64,000 nt of DNA, taken from positions 186,001-250,000 of the forward strand of contig JAPMXV010000002.1 in the NCBI GenBank assembly GCA_026936335.1, read 5' to 3'. The translations under genes were made by a program, and so were the position numbers. How positions within the stretch are numbered: the stretch's first letter is position 1; each line of letters starts with the position of its first letter. This document shows, piece after piece, positions 25,368-38,786 of the stretch. The notes under the pieces are model-generated. The model had not been told where the DNA came from. It saw only the letters and a program-made list of their open reading frames with translations, and did no database searches. The DNA comes from Mantamonas sphyraenae STR306 (lineage: Eukaryota > Protista > CRuMs).

Positions 25368-28300
25368 TCATCCTCGGAACACACCACTGATGCGATTGCT
25401 CGCGCTCCTCCTTGTTTGCTCTGCCCCTGCACTTCCAGAAGTGCTGCGTACAGGCGTTCCAGCCACGTCCCGTGTTCCAGCCGTCGATGCCGACGCATTC
25501 ATGTCGCTCCCGTACCTTTCCAAGAAAGCGCTCGTGCTCATCCCCGACGTGCTTCCCGATGATGAAGGCCGTGCCTCTTCCATCTCCTTTGCCTTTTGGA
25601 TGCTCTCCACCACACCGCCGCTGTCCTTTGTGTTGTCACCGCTGCTGGTGCTGCTGGTGCTGGTGCTGCTGCTTCCGCTGCTTCCTCCACCCCCGTTTGA
25701 TGTGCTGTTGCGTACCATCATGCCATCATTGGAGCCATCCACACGGTCTTCCAGCCGTTCTGTCAGGTTGTCCAGCAACTCTGCATCGCCGGCGTCCGAT
25801 TGCAGCCGCGAACAGCTCAGTGCCTCCTGCAGCAATGCTGTCTCCAGCGCACTCAACTCCTCATCCAGCCGCTCCAGCTTCACTTCACCCGTCTCGTAGA
25901 ACAGCTCTGCAAAGTACGCCAGCATGGTCTTGAGCAGGCGGCGGAAATCATACAGAGCACGTTTCACCGAGTCTTCGGCCATCAGCTCGCGTTCCAAGCT
26001 CTTGCGCACGTCGCGAAGTTCCTGTGCCGCACGCTGATCGTCGTATCGGTTGCTCTTGCTCAATTTGAGGATCAGACTGACCACATCGCGTTGGAAGCCG
26101 TTCCAGTGGGAGCGCAGCAGCGAAAACACCTGCGCCGCCTCCTCCTCGTCAACCAGCAGCTGATTGAAGTGTTGCGGATCCATTGTAACGTCTTTACGCA
26201 GGAAGCCGATCATGCGCATGAGGTCGTAGAACACCGAAAAGGACATCATGTCTGTTGTGCCCGCCCGGCCCGTCGCTTCCTGGAACATGCGTGCCACACG
26301 TTTCTCCGTCAGCACGGGGTCGATCTGCATGGCCAGACGCGAAAACTCCTCCAACGACAGGAGGCCGTTGCGATTTGTGTCCGCTCGCTTGAACAGGATG
26401 GTCAGTTTTTGCAGATGCAGCGCCTGCGCCGCCCGGTACTCGTTCAGCGTCAGTTCCAGCAGGTGGATCAGCTTCACGCGTCGGTTCTGCGGCAGACTCT
26501 CGTCCAGTGCAGCAGCACGAGTGTTCTTGTTGCTGCTGCTGCCCGGTGCACCTGCGCTGACCAGGTATGCCTTGTCCGTCAGCGTGTTGGCCGCCACCGA
26601 CTGGTCGTCGATGCGATGGGCGATTAGCGTGTACGCATCCGGTCCAATGGCTGCCATGATGATGCGTGCACTCTCGTGCGCACGCACCAGATCCACGTAC
26701 TGCGGCAGGGGCGACGACAGATCCTCCGGAACGAGCACGCCCGCAATGTTGCGGTTCGTCGCCCACGCGCGTCCAAACAGGAAGAATTGCAGCTCGTCCA
26801 CGGGACGACTCTCTTCCAGAAAGGCTGCAAACAACTCCACCTCCTTGTCCTCCTCGCGGTACTTCATCAACGCCTGCACAAAGTCGCTGCAGTTTTGCTC
26901 CACCAGGGCCTTCAGGCCGTACTTGTTCGACAGGTACTGGTACGTGTACTCGGGCATGGCCATGTGTTCTGCCTCATACACCCCCTTGCTCACCATGTCC
27001 GAGTCGATCTTGGCGTCCAGCACCTCGCGCACCATTTTCACAACCCACGACAGTGGCTTCACACTTCGCTTCTTGCTCTGTGTCCCAATCATCTCCAGGA
27101 TGCGTGCATTGTCTGCCAGCGTCCGTTTCAGCCCTTCCGACTCCAGCTCCACCGCATAGTCCTGTGGGTTTCGCTCCTCCCAGTTTACATACACTTCGCC
27201 CTCCAGGTCCACCAGACGCTGCTGCAACCTTTCGTTCTCCTTCTCGAGCACCAGTTGCGTCTCCTTTGCCACCATCAACTTGCGCCGTGTGGTCGGCAGG
27301 TCGTCGTTGTTGCTCTCCTCCGCCAACAGCGAATCCACCTCGCTCTTGGCAATCACCACAGTGTCGTCTGTCTGCGCCCCACACTCCTCCGTGTTTGTAT
27401 CATCGCTTGCATCTTGCTTCTCCGTCTGAGTTCCTTCCTCCGCTTTGTTCAACGACGCCACAGCCGCATCCTCCGCTTGCCTCTGCACAGTCGCACGCAG
27501 CTCCTCCAGCTCTGCAATGGTGTCCGCATGCACCCACTGCTGCTTGCTACTCTTTCCCAGGTCTGTTGTGTCCACGCCTGTCTCGCGTGTGTTTCGCGCA
27601 CGGCTCCCTGCTCGGCTGCTGCCTCCGGATCGCCTCGATCGCCTCGATGCCGCTCTGCTGCTTGTCTCCGACGCAGTATCCCCGTGCTCCACGTCCCATT
27701 CCTCCCCTTCCTCTTCTTCATCTTCGTCCTCCTCCTGGCTCTTGTGACGCATGGACGCAAGCAGCGTTCTGCGCTTCTCCTCCGGATCCGTGTTGTCCTC
27801 CTCCTCTCCACTGCCTCCCAGTTCGTCATCCACGTCCAACATGCTTTCGTGGTGCCGTTCCACCTCTTTGGCGGCCTGCTCTGCGTGTGCCGCTGCCAGC
27901 TGCGCCGCCATGTGGTCTCGCTCCTCCCGCTCGTGCTTCTGCTCGTCCATGTGCATCAGCAGCGCCTCTGTGTCCTTTACCACCTTGCGATCCTCGGGCG
28001 ACGCGTCGTCTTCGTCGTCGTCCGCTGTGTCGTCGTCATCGTCGTCATCCTCTTCCATTACCGCGTCGCCTTCCCGTTCCACCACCTCATCGTAATCCTG
28101 CCCAGTCTCCAAAGCATGCTTGCGCCTGCGTCGTCGCTGTTTGATCTTGCGCTTCGTTTCACGCTGTCGCTCTTGACTCGCATCCTCGAATTCAGAGACA
28201 CTCGACGTTGTCGACGAGGTGCTGCTCGCGCTTGTGATCAATGCTTGGTCTTCGACAGAGGAGGCGGTTGCCGACTGCTGTTGAGCTGCAGCGGCGCCGA

Positions 28301-31300
28301 CAATGTCGTCGTCGTCGTCGTCGTCGCTTTCGCTATCGCTTGCTTCGTCGTCGCGCAGCATCACCTTCAGATGAGCGTTTGTGTCGCTGTTGCCGATCAG
28401 CTTCCCCGCTGTGGCAAACCAAACTTGCAGCTCGCGGTGCATGATGTCAAACTTGACAGGCAAGTTGCGGTCCTTGTTGATCTGTTCGTCGTGGAAGGCC
28501 TTGACCTTGTCCAGCCAGGTGGCCAGATCGACGCGCAGCTGTGTCAGCTCTGCGTTGGTTGCTGTCACGCCAGACATGGTCACCAGGCGCACAGCCCACG
28601 ATTCCATTTCGTAGCGCAGTCGCTGCAATTCGGCTGCGCTCATGTCCACGTCCGCGCTAACCTGGTCCCTGGTGCTGCTCACCCAGTCCTCCAGATTCAG
28701 CTCCAGCGAGGCCATCGACTTTGGTACCACCTCATCGGCCTCGAGCAGATTCTGCTCCACACGCGATGTGGCACTCAGCATGGTTTGGTAGCCACGCAGC
28801 AGTTCGCTCAGGTCGTTGTCGTCCTGAAGCGCCTTGCTGCCCTCCACATTCAGCTTGGAGATCCACACCTCCACCACATTGTTCAGCACATACACATCTT
28901 CACCGATTCCGTCGTTGCCGTTCAATCTGCGCATCTGTCGCCCTTGCATCAGCTCCATCTCGTTGCGCAGTTTCATCAGCGACATGCGGCTGTGGTCGCG
29001 TTGGGTGGACAGCACGCACGTGGCCAGCTCCTCTCCGCTCACAGAAAACTTTTCCTGGTTGTACGCAAGCATGCCCACACTCTCTGCTGCATCTTCCAGG
29101 TGCGGACCGTTGAAGTACAGGGCAAACGCCTCGATGTCGACGCGGTACTTCTTCAGATTCTCCTTCAGCCGCTCCAGATCCATCAGCTCGCCCAGTGTGT
29201 CGTATGCCTCACGTTGGGCACGGTTGCGGACACGGCTGTACTCGTCCAAGAGGGCGCGATGGTCCAGTTCCAGCCGTTTGTTGAGCTTGGAGACCATGAC
29301 GATGCAGTTTGCATCGTCGTTGAAGAGCACCGTCGCACTCTGCTTGGCCGCATCCAACCATTCCTGGGTGTCCAATTGGGCCTGTGTGGCAAGCATGGCC
29401 ACCTTGCTTGCGTTGTGCTTCGTCACGGCACGGGCGGCCTTGACAAACCGACGTTGGCTTCGCTGCAGTTGGTTGAGCTCGTTGTTGCCCCCCTTTTGGA
29501 TGCGATTCACCTTGCTGACCAGTTTGGCCGACGTTGAGGTCCATCTGCGTTTCTCTTCGTCCAGTTTGTTGAACTCTTGATTCATGCGGTCGCGTTGCAG
29601 CGCGTACAGGTCGTGGTACTCCTGCAGGAGGTCGTTTGTGCGGCCTGTCTCCTCTGTCAGGTGCTTAACACGCGCACGCAGCTCTCGCACCTCTTTGTCC
29701 AGTGCTGCCTCGCTCTCTTGCACCTTGTTGTGCTCCTCACGCAATTCGCTGTACCCTTCTTTCAGGGCGTTGTACTCTTCGCTCAGGCGTCGATTCAGAG
29801 CGCGCTGGGCCAAAAGCTCCGTGTGCACTGCCTTCATGTGTTCAGGCACCTTGCTGAACATGCCCGAGTACAGTTTGCGCACCTTGGCCAGCAATGCCCC
29901 GCGTTCCACGCACGTCACGCTCACCTGACGGATCAGCTCGTGAAACACAATGTTGTACACCACCTGTTCGTCCTGGACCAGTTTCAGCAGCGTGTGGACG
30001 TCGTCCGGCTCATACTCCACGCTGTAGTATGCTGCATCGTCGTCGCCACCGTGGTTGTTGTTGGCAAGCCGCTCCAGCTCGTCTAGTTGGTCCGAGGTCA
30101 ATGATCCCTCCTCCACCTCTTCCTTGGGTGCTTCGCGTACGTTGACACCGGCCTTGCGCAGCATGGCGTCCATCGTGTGGGCCAACTGCAGCACTTCCCA
30201 GCGGGAGGTTGGCCGCAGCGACGGAAACACAATCTCGTGGTTGAAATGTTCTGTGAGACACCAAGGTTGGCGGGTGTTGGGGATGGTGGGATGGTATGCG
30301 TGGGGGTGTGTCAGTCACCTGTACCTGTGGACGTGGGTGGAACGGGAAAGCAGAAAAAGAGTTGCTCTGTGCCAACGGTCCAATTACCTTCGAGTGACAC
30401 CGCATACTTCTCCTGGAACATGCGCAGTGGCTGAGACTTGTTGTTGAGTACCACGTGGTATTCTTCGGGTACCAGGGTGGCTGGCAGGTCGTTCAGATCC
30501 AGAGCATGTGCCTCACGAGTGTGTCGTCGAGGATCGTCGCCGTCGTCTCCTACCTCTTGCCCTTGGCCGTGCTCCCACGTTTCCTGTCCTTCTGTGTCCG
30601 ACATGTTCCGTTGCTTGCGTCGTTTGCCAACTCCACCTCCGTCGTGGCCGTGACTGTGGTTGTGGTTGTGGTTGTGTTTGCCGGCATGGCCTGCACGCGT
30701 TTGTCGCTCCTCGCGTGCCACTTTGTCGTAGTGTGCGGCGTCGTGAAGGAAGCTGATGTCTTCGCCAGCGCCACAGGTGCACGGCGGCTGATCCAGCAGA
30801 TGCTGCCACTGGGCACGTCGGGTAGGCGAAAACCAGACGTTGGCAGGCCTGTGTTTCAGCGTGGCAGCTGCCTCCTCCGTCTTCTTCCCCTTTTGCTCCT
30901 TCTGCGAGCCCGACGGCTCTTGCTGGGCGTCGATAAAGGTGATGTGCTGTCCTTCGGTGTCGGAGCTTGTTGTGGTCGTGTACAGCGCTTCGCGCAACGT
31001 GGCTTCGTCGCTGGAGCGCAGGGTGCTCGTCGGTCGTGGGCTGCCGTAGGCCGTTGCGTCCCTCAGACGTGCCAGCCGCTCCACCTCAAGCAACCGAGCC
31101 TCACTGGCCGCCACTTTGCCCTTGACACTGGCACGAATCACACCCGAGGGCGGCTGCACAAACTTGGATGACGAAAAGGTCTCCTTGGCTCCTGGCAGCA
31201 GCGAGCTGGCAGCCTTGGCTTGAGCCTTTTGCTTGCGTGGCGACAGCAGTTCCATCGTCTCCACCAGCTGCTTTGGCAAATGGGCATGTGGCACGTTTGT

Positions 31301-31546
31301 GTGCGTCTTGTTGAGTTTACCCTTGTTGGTGGTGCTGGTCAGGGCAGGCAGCAGGCAGGATTCGTCCGACGGGTTTGCCTCGTCCGTCCCCTCCTCCTTC
31401 TGCTGCTTGCTGCGCTTCTTGCTCTTGTCCAGCTGCACCTTGGCCGCTTTGCGGCTTTGGTGGCGGATGCTCTGCAGCCGTTCTTGGTTCTGCTTGTGCT
31501 TCCGCTGCTGTTCCTCCACCCGTTTCTTCTGCGCGGGGGTGTACAT
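25368..31546 (-). CDS. AXDND1: Axonemal dynein light chain domain protein (AXDND1-like), coiled-coil, with C-terminal EF-hand (spliced)
   Basis: LVPEEYHVV...EKY, FPSLRPTSRWEV and EQVVYNIVFHELIRQVSVTCVERGALLAKVR match the AXDND1/p28-like domain. EF-hand DTNRNGLLSLEEF. ORFs 30311..31546 and 25368..30230 are joined by an intron. Confidence 0.7.
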
Positions 31547-31689
31547 CGTCGGGTTGGTTGGCCGGGATGGCGAGGCTTGGAATACGACTTTATTCCTGGG
31601 AGAGAGAGTGTGTGTGTAAAAGTGAACGTGATGTCTGACTGATCAACAAGCTGGATGTGTTTGTGCCTTCTTGGGCTCGTTTGTGCTGC

Positions 31690-32625
31690 TCACAGGCGTT
31701 GTTCGGGGTCGTCGCACACATACTCCATGGTGGGGATGACAATGCGGTGCTGTGCGGTCGATTCCTCGCTTGTTTCCGTCTGCCAGTGCTGGTGATCGCC
31801 AGGCAGGCAGCATACAACCTGCTTCTTGTGCGGATCCTTGACCAGTGTGGGCTCAAAGTCGACGTAGCGATGGGCGTCCGATTGCAAATGGGCCACCAGG
31901 TCATCGAGTGCAGTGTGGGGTCGCATTTGTTGCAATGTGTACCACGTGGGTGGGGCAAGGCTGATGTCGGGCGAGTCGATCGCCTGCTGCGGACACAGCC
32001 AAGTGCTGTGCACAGTCTCGGAGCCATCGTGCTCCGCTCCGTCCAACCCCACGTGCGGTTGCACCTGGCAAAAGTAGAACCGAGTGTCGTAGCGTCTGCG
32101 GCTCTCCTGTTTCGGCGTCACCCAGCGTGACACGGGCAGCAGTTCGTCCAGCGCCAGTTGCAGGTCGTTGTCCACGCAGTATTCCATCAGCTGCCGTGCG
32201 TCGTCGTGCACACGCCTTCTCAGCTCCGAGTCTTCCACCCGACTTTGACTGGCCTGGCTGGACAGCAACACACCGCTCTCCTCCAGCACCTCACGCGCAG
32301 CTGCTGTTCGCCAAGCAAACTCGTCTGGCTGCGCCTGCCATTGCGACGAGTGCACAAACGCGTGAACATTGGGTGCCCGGCTCTCGTGTGCCTTGCTATG
32401 TTCCATCCACACCGCCAGACTGTCCTCTGCATCCACGGCGCCGCCAGGGAACACGTGCAGGTTGGGCATGAACGTGCTCGCACTGCTCCGCTTCAGCAAC
32501 AGAACACGGTAGTCGTACGGCGAAGCGACCTGAGCCTCACCCACCAAAGGCGCAAGTGCACTCGTGCGTGCAGCAAGCACCACCGTGGCTGCGTGACGAG
32601 GCTGGACCAACTTGGACGACGACAT
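31690..32625 (-). CDS. NUDT19: Nudix hydrolase, NUDT19-like
   Basis: AATVVL, LLLKRS..STFMPNLHVFPGG, AAAREVLEESGVLL, WVTP....RRYDTRFY, LAPPTWY. Confidence 0.85.
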   Translation of the reverse strand: MSSSKLVQPRHAATVVLAARTSALAPLVGEAQVASPYDYRVLLLKRSSASTFMPNLHVFPGGAVDAEDSLAVWMEHSKAHESRAPNVHAFVHSSQWQAQPDEFAWRTAAAREVLEESGVLLSSQASQSRVEDSELRRRVHDDARQLMEYCVDNDLQLALDELLPVSRWVTPKQESRRRYDTRFYFCQVQPHVGLDGAEHDGSETVHSTWLCPQQAIDSPDISLAPPTWYTLQQMRPHTALDDLVAHLQSDAHRYVDFEPTLVKDPHKKQVVCCLPGDHQHWQTETSEESTAQHRIVIPTMEYVCDDPEQRL

Positions 32626-32673
32626 CTCCCTTGGCGGCGCCGACGCTGACAACACATCTCTCACTGGGCCACC

Positions 32674-35600
32674 ATGACCACTGCTTCGTCGACCGCCACG
32701 GTGGTCTTGCAGAACAAGGTTGTGGAGACCTCGTTCAGTTTCTACACCCCGGAGGACATCCGTCGTCTTTCGGTGAAGAAGATCACAGTGCCACAAGCCT
32801 TCGACACTCTCATGAACCCCAACCCGGGCGGCTTGTACGACCCGGCTCTTGGTCCCCTCGACCGCATGGACAGGTGCGTTTGTCTCTCTCTCTCTCCTCC
32901 TCCCCCCTCCCTCTCTATGTGCTGCCCCGTGGCATGGTGTCCACACAGCCCTTTGTCCTTGGCTGTGCCGTTCCTCTCTGCGCTGCCGAATTTTCTTCTC
33001 GGCCGGTTCCTGTAGCTGGCCCCAGGCGGCTTTCCGTGTGCATCCACGAGCCGCGTTGGTGGTGCTCGTGGCTGTGTCCTCTTCACCATCATTTCCTTGT
33101 GTTCTTTGTTGCCAATGCATGGGTGTGTGTGCGTGTGCCGTTCGTCGCCAAAGAGGAAATCCGTCCGGGCATGCAACGTCGGCGGACTTTCCACACTCGT
33201 CGTTTCACGCACTCCCGCACAGGCATATGTTCCCACCCCATCGGCCTATCCATCGTCTACACACGCCATTGCACACTGCACATGTCATGCCAGGCTCATC
33301 GACACCTGGCGTCCTTTGCCAGAAGCAGCCACTTGCCAAGCATGCGACGACTCGAGCAACAACTTGCTGCTGACACTCAAAACACTCACGTCCTCGCCTT
33401 GGGACTTTTCGGTTCTCCTTCCTCTCTCCCCTTTCCGTCCTCCTGCTTCGTGTACCCATGTGCACCCAGATGCAAGACGTGCTCTCAGCGTGCCCTCCTG
33501 TGTCCGGGCCACCTGGGCCACATTGAGCTTGCTGCTCCTGTGTACAATCCGCTGCTCTTTCGTGCCCTCTTCAAGATCCTCTCTCACAAGTGTGCCTTTT
33601 GCCACCATCTGCGCATGTCCGCTTCAGAGGTGTTGCTGCGCACATGCATCCTGCGCCTCATCGACGCAGGCATGCTTGACGAGGCCCTCGAGTTGGAACA
33701 GGTTTGTTGCCAACCCGTGCGACGCAACCCAGACTCCACACACACACTCACACCCCTTCCCACCACATGTTACCATATCCCCATAGCATGCCAACCACAA
33801 GAACATCTTCAAAGGCCGCGGAAAGGGCGGAAAGGGCAGTAAGGGCAAAGGCAAGGGCAAAGGCAAGGCCAAGGAGGAGGAGGAGGATGACGACGACGAC
33901 TCGATGGACGAAGAGGAAGAGGAAGAGTTTGCACAGGCCATGCAGGATGAGGACGAGGAGACAGATCGCACAGAAGCCCAGGTGGAGGTCATCCAACGGC
34001 TGATGGCCTCGTGGCAGGACAAGTACGAGGCGGCGCTGGCGGAGAGCGACGGACGCAAGATTGGCCTGTTGGACAACATGCGCAGCGAACGTGCACAGGA
34101 GCTGCTCAAGATGAATCTGTCGCAGCGATGCCCGCGATGCAAGGGCATCACGCCCAAACTGCGCCGTGTTGGCAAGTCGAGAATCTTTCAGATGCCCCTC
34201 ACAGACGCTCAGCGCAGGCGCAACGACGAGCTGGGCATGTATCTGGACGACGGAGGCGTCGATGCAGACAAGACACAGCTCGAACGCCTGGCGGCTATGG
34301 AGGAGCGCCAGCGGTCCAAGATGAACATGGAGGATGAGGACGAGGACAACCTGTCTGCCTACTCGGCTGATTCGGACATTGTGGACGACGATGACGATGA
34401 CGATGATGATGACGATGACGCAGAGGGAGGTAGCTCGCGCAAGAAGCGCATGCGTGTCAAGACCAAACTGATGGGCCAGAAGAAGAAAGGTGGCCTGGCG
34501 TCGTCAGGTGCGGTTGGAGCAAGCGCAGGCGTGGCAGGACAGGACATGGACGGTGCTCGAGGCAAGCAAACCTATCTGCCGCCACATCTGGTCAGGCGCA
34601 ACATGGAGCAGCTGTGGAGCAAGGACAAGGATTTGCTGTCGCTCGTGCTGGGCCACGCCAACGACGACCAACGCACGCCTGCCAACGTGCGCCTGGCCAA
34701 CGACTGGCGCATGTTTTTCATTGAAGTGCTGCCTGTGGTGCCCTCTCGCTTCCGTCCGCCTGGACAGGCTGGCGCCCTGGTCAGCGAGCACGCGCACAAC
34801 ACCTACCTGTCACTCATCCTCAACGACAACTTGTCGCTGCTGGACGCCACAAAGGCCCACCAGGCCCAGTCGCCCAGCGATGAGTCCACCGACGAGAGTG
34901 CACTGCGTGTGTACAACATGATGGGCGAGCTGCAGAACCACGTGAACACCCTCATCGACAGCAGCATCCCGCCCGCCGGGTCGCGATACACACGGCAGAG
35001 TGTGGACATCCAGGGCATTCGACAGCTGCTGGAAAAGAAGGAGGGTCTGTTTCGCAAGTTTATGATGGGCAAGCGCGTCAACTTTGCAGCCCGCTCGGTC
35101 ATCTCGCCCGACCCGTACATCAAGGTCAGCGAAATCGGCGTGCCGTTGTACTTTGCCAAGCGCCTGAGCTACCCGGAACCCGTGACGCACATGAATGTGG
35201 TCAAGCTGCGCGAGCAGGTGATCAACGGACCCGACGAATACCCGGGCGCAAACTACATCCTGGAGCCCAACGGCACGTACATCCAGCTGGAGGGCCGCAC
35301 GCGCGAGCAGCGCATTGCCCTGTCCAAGACACTGCTGAACTTGAGCGGTTCGGCGTTGGACGAGGGCGATGCCATCTACAACCGCAAGGTGGGCCGCCAC
35401 GTGGAGAAGGGCGACGTGCTTCTTGTCAACCGGCAGCCCACGCTGTACAAGCCGGGTATCATGGCACACAAGGCACGAGTGCTGAAGAACGAAAAGACCA
35501 TCCGCATGCACTACGCCAACTGCAACACGTACAACGCCGACTTTGACGGCGACGAAATCAACCTGCATCTGCCGCAGAACGAGCTGGCACGCGCAGAGGC

Positions 35601-38600
35601 CTACAACATTGCCAACACAAACAACCAGTACATTGGTCCCACAGACGCTGCGCCCCTGCGTGGTCTCATCCAGGATCACGTGGTGACAGGCGTGCGCTTG
35701 ACCAAGAAGGACTCGTTCTTTGAGCGCGACGAGTTCCAGCAGCTGCTGTACAGTGCTCTGCGCGGCAGGCGCAGGCACAGCCGCAAGTTGCGTTGCCCCA
35801 TGCCTGTCATCCTCAAGCCCAAGCGACTGTGGAGCGGCAAACAGCTGATCAGCACCATCCTGGATCACCTGACCGAAGGCTCGCCTGCGCTGAACCTGGA
35901 CGGCAAAACACGCATTCCGGCAAGTGCATGGGGCAAGGCAGGCGCCGAGGAGGCTCGCATTGTGGTGCGGGACAACAAGCTGCTGTGTGGCGTGTTGGAC
36001 AAGAGCCAGTTTGGCGCAAGCGCGTTTGGCCTTGTGCACGCGTGCCAAGAGATCTACGGCTCGGAAACGGCAGGCGATCTTCTGACCACACTGTCACGTC
36101 TGTTTACGGCGTATTTGCAGATGCAGGCGTTCACCATTGGCATCGAGGACATGGTGCTGGGTGCGGACGCAGACCGGTTCCGCGCAAAGACTCTGCAGGA
36201 TGCAAACAAGACCGGGTACGAGGTGGGTGCCGGCTTTGTGGGCATGCATTTGGACAAGGATGCGGAGCAGAGCGAGGTGGACCGTGTGAGTGAGGCACTG
36301 GGCGACAAGCTGCGCAATCAGGAGGCCAACGTGGCGGCGCTGGACGGCAAGATGAAGGCGGCGCTGAACCCGCTGACGTCCAAGGTGATTGACAAGTGTA
36401 TTCCCAAGGGCGAGCTGAAGCTGTTCCCTCGCAACAACCTGTTGTTGATGACCACGGCAGGTGCGAAGGGTTCGTCGGTGAACGTGTCGCAGATCTCGTG
36501 TCTGCTTGGCCAGCAGGATCTGGAGGGCAAGCGTGTGCCGCAGATGGTGAACGGCAAGACACTGCCGTGTTTCCGTCCGTATGATCCGAGCGCACGTGCG
36601 GGTGGCTATGTGATGGGCCGTTTCCTGACGGGGATCAAGCCACAGGAGTACTACTTCCATTGCATGGCCGGCCGCGAGGGACTGGTGGACACGGCAGTGA
36701 AAACTTCGCGCAGTGGATACCTGCAGCGATGCCTGGTGAAGCACCTGGAGGGACTGATGGTGCACTACGACGGGTCGGTGCGCAACCACGACGGGTCGGT
36801 GGTGCAATTTGCGTACGGCGAGGACACGCTGGACGTGACCAAGGTCAAGTTCCTGAAAGGGTTTGGGTTCTACGCGCAGAACCACCGTGCGCTTGCCAAG
36901 TCGCTTGCGTACGACCAGTGCGAGGGCAGGCTGGAGCGAAGCCAGGCCGAAGCTGCGTGGGCGCGTGTGGCCAAGAACGAGAAGGAGGATCCGGTGATCA
37001 ACCAACTCAACTCGTACATGCATCTGGGTGCGGTGAGCGAAAGCTTCAAGAGCGACCTGGAGGCATACATTGCACAGAATCCGGACGACCTGCTGGCGGA
37101 GGACGGAGCGAAGGAGCCGCGACGTGTGAGCAAATCCAAGTTCCGGGACCTGATGCTGTTGAAGTACATGCGGTGTGTGGCGGAGCCTGGCGAGGCCGTG
37201 GGCGTGATTGCTGCCCAGTCGATTGGACAGCCGTCGACGCAGATGACGCTGAACACCTTCCATTTCGCAGGTGTCGGAGGTGTGAACGTGACGCTGGGTA
37301 TCCCGCGTCTGCGAGAGGTGCTGATGACGGCCAGTGCCAAGATCAAGACGCCAACGATGACGCTGCACATGCTGCCTGGACGCAACAACGAAGAGTCGGC
37401 GAAGGAACTGGCAAAGAAGCTTAGCCGGCTGGAGCTGCAGCAGGTGCTGCGCAGGGCAGACGTGGAGGCGTCGTGGATTGGCACGTCGCGTTTGTATCGT
37501 GTGGTGCTGGAGTTTCAGCGTATGAGCAAGCTTGCGGAAAAGTATGGCGTCAGCAAGGAGCAGCTGCGTGCGGCGACAGAGAGCGGATTCATCCCGCTGC
37601 TGTGCAAGAATCTTGCGCGTGAGCTGAAGCGTGCTCAGGGAGGCATCATGGAAGGGGTCAAGGAGGGAGCAAAGGAGAGCGGGATGGGAGCAAAGAAAAG
37701 CAAGAAACAGGAGGAGGAAGAGGAAGAGGAGGAGAGTGGAGGAGAAGAGAGCGACGGGGAGGAGATGGATGCCAAGGAGGACAGGCGCAGGCGGGTCAAA
37801 GAGGAGGACGGAGGCGAAGAGGGAGAGGAGGATGCGGACGAGGAGGATGAAGACGAGGACGAGGAGGAAGAGGAGGAGGAGAGTGAAGAGAGCGAGGCAG
37901 AGGAGGAGGAGAGGGAAAAGATGGATGTAGAGGTCAAGGTGGAGCTGGAAGGCAGCCTGAAGGGATCGAGCACAAAGGGCAAGGGCAAGTACGTGGAGAT
38001 GAAGGAAACGCCGTTGAAGGCGAAGCTGCAGGCGGGAAGCAAGCAGCTGGAGGACTACACGTTCCGCATGAACAGGGAGAGTGGATGTTTGGAGTGCGAA
38101 CTGGAGTTTGTGGTGGACGGCCGGCACAAGAAGGTGCTTCTGCTGGAGCTTGTGGAAGCAGTTGTGGAGAAGGTGCTTGTGCAGAGCGTGGACAAGATCC
38201 GCAAGGGGGTGGTGACCAACACGGGCGACCAGTGGTCTGTGTTGACGGAGGGAGTGAACCTGCACGCGATGTACGAGTATGATGAGTACGTGGACGTGAA
38301 CCGAATCATGACAAACGACATCCATGCGGTGCTGGGCACGTACGGGGTGGAAGCAGCACGACAGAGCATCCAGAACGAGGTGAAGAGCGTGTTTGACGTG
38401 TACGGTATCACGGTGAAGCCGCACCACCTGAGTGTGATTGCAGACATGATGACGCTGAGTGGCGGGTACCGCGCGTTCAACAGGGTGGGCATCGAGGAGG
38501 ATCCGTCGCCGTTCCTGAAGATGAGCTTCGAGACAACGACCAACTTTTTGACAAACGCAGCGATGACGTTTGACTCGGACAGTGTGGACTCGCCGAGTGC

Positions 38601-38688
38601 GAGCATTGTGATGGGCCGGCCGGCCAAACTGGGCACAGGCAGCTTCGAGGTGATCCACGATCTGGCATGGGACAACGCAGCCCAGTGA
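32674..38688 (+). CDS. RPA1: DNA-directed RNA polymerase I largest subunit (spliced)
   Basis: GGLYDPALGP, C..C...CPGHLGHIEL, KKEGLFRKFMMGKRVNFAARSVISPDP, catalytic YNADFDGDEINLH, AGREGLVDTAVKTSRSGYLQRCL, TQMTLNTFHFAG. First intron 32874..33469. Confidence 0.97.
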
Positions 38689-38786
38689 CGGGGAGGACGT
38701 TGACAGTCAATGGGAATTGGAGAGCAGATGGGTGAGTGTGAGGGCCTGCGCTGGGTCGGGTACACTTTTTACTTCAACAAATCTCC

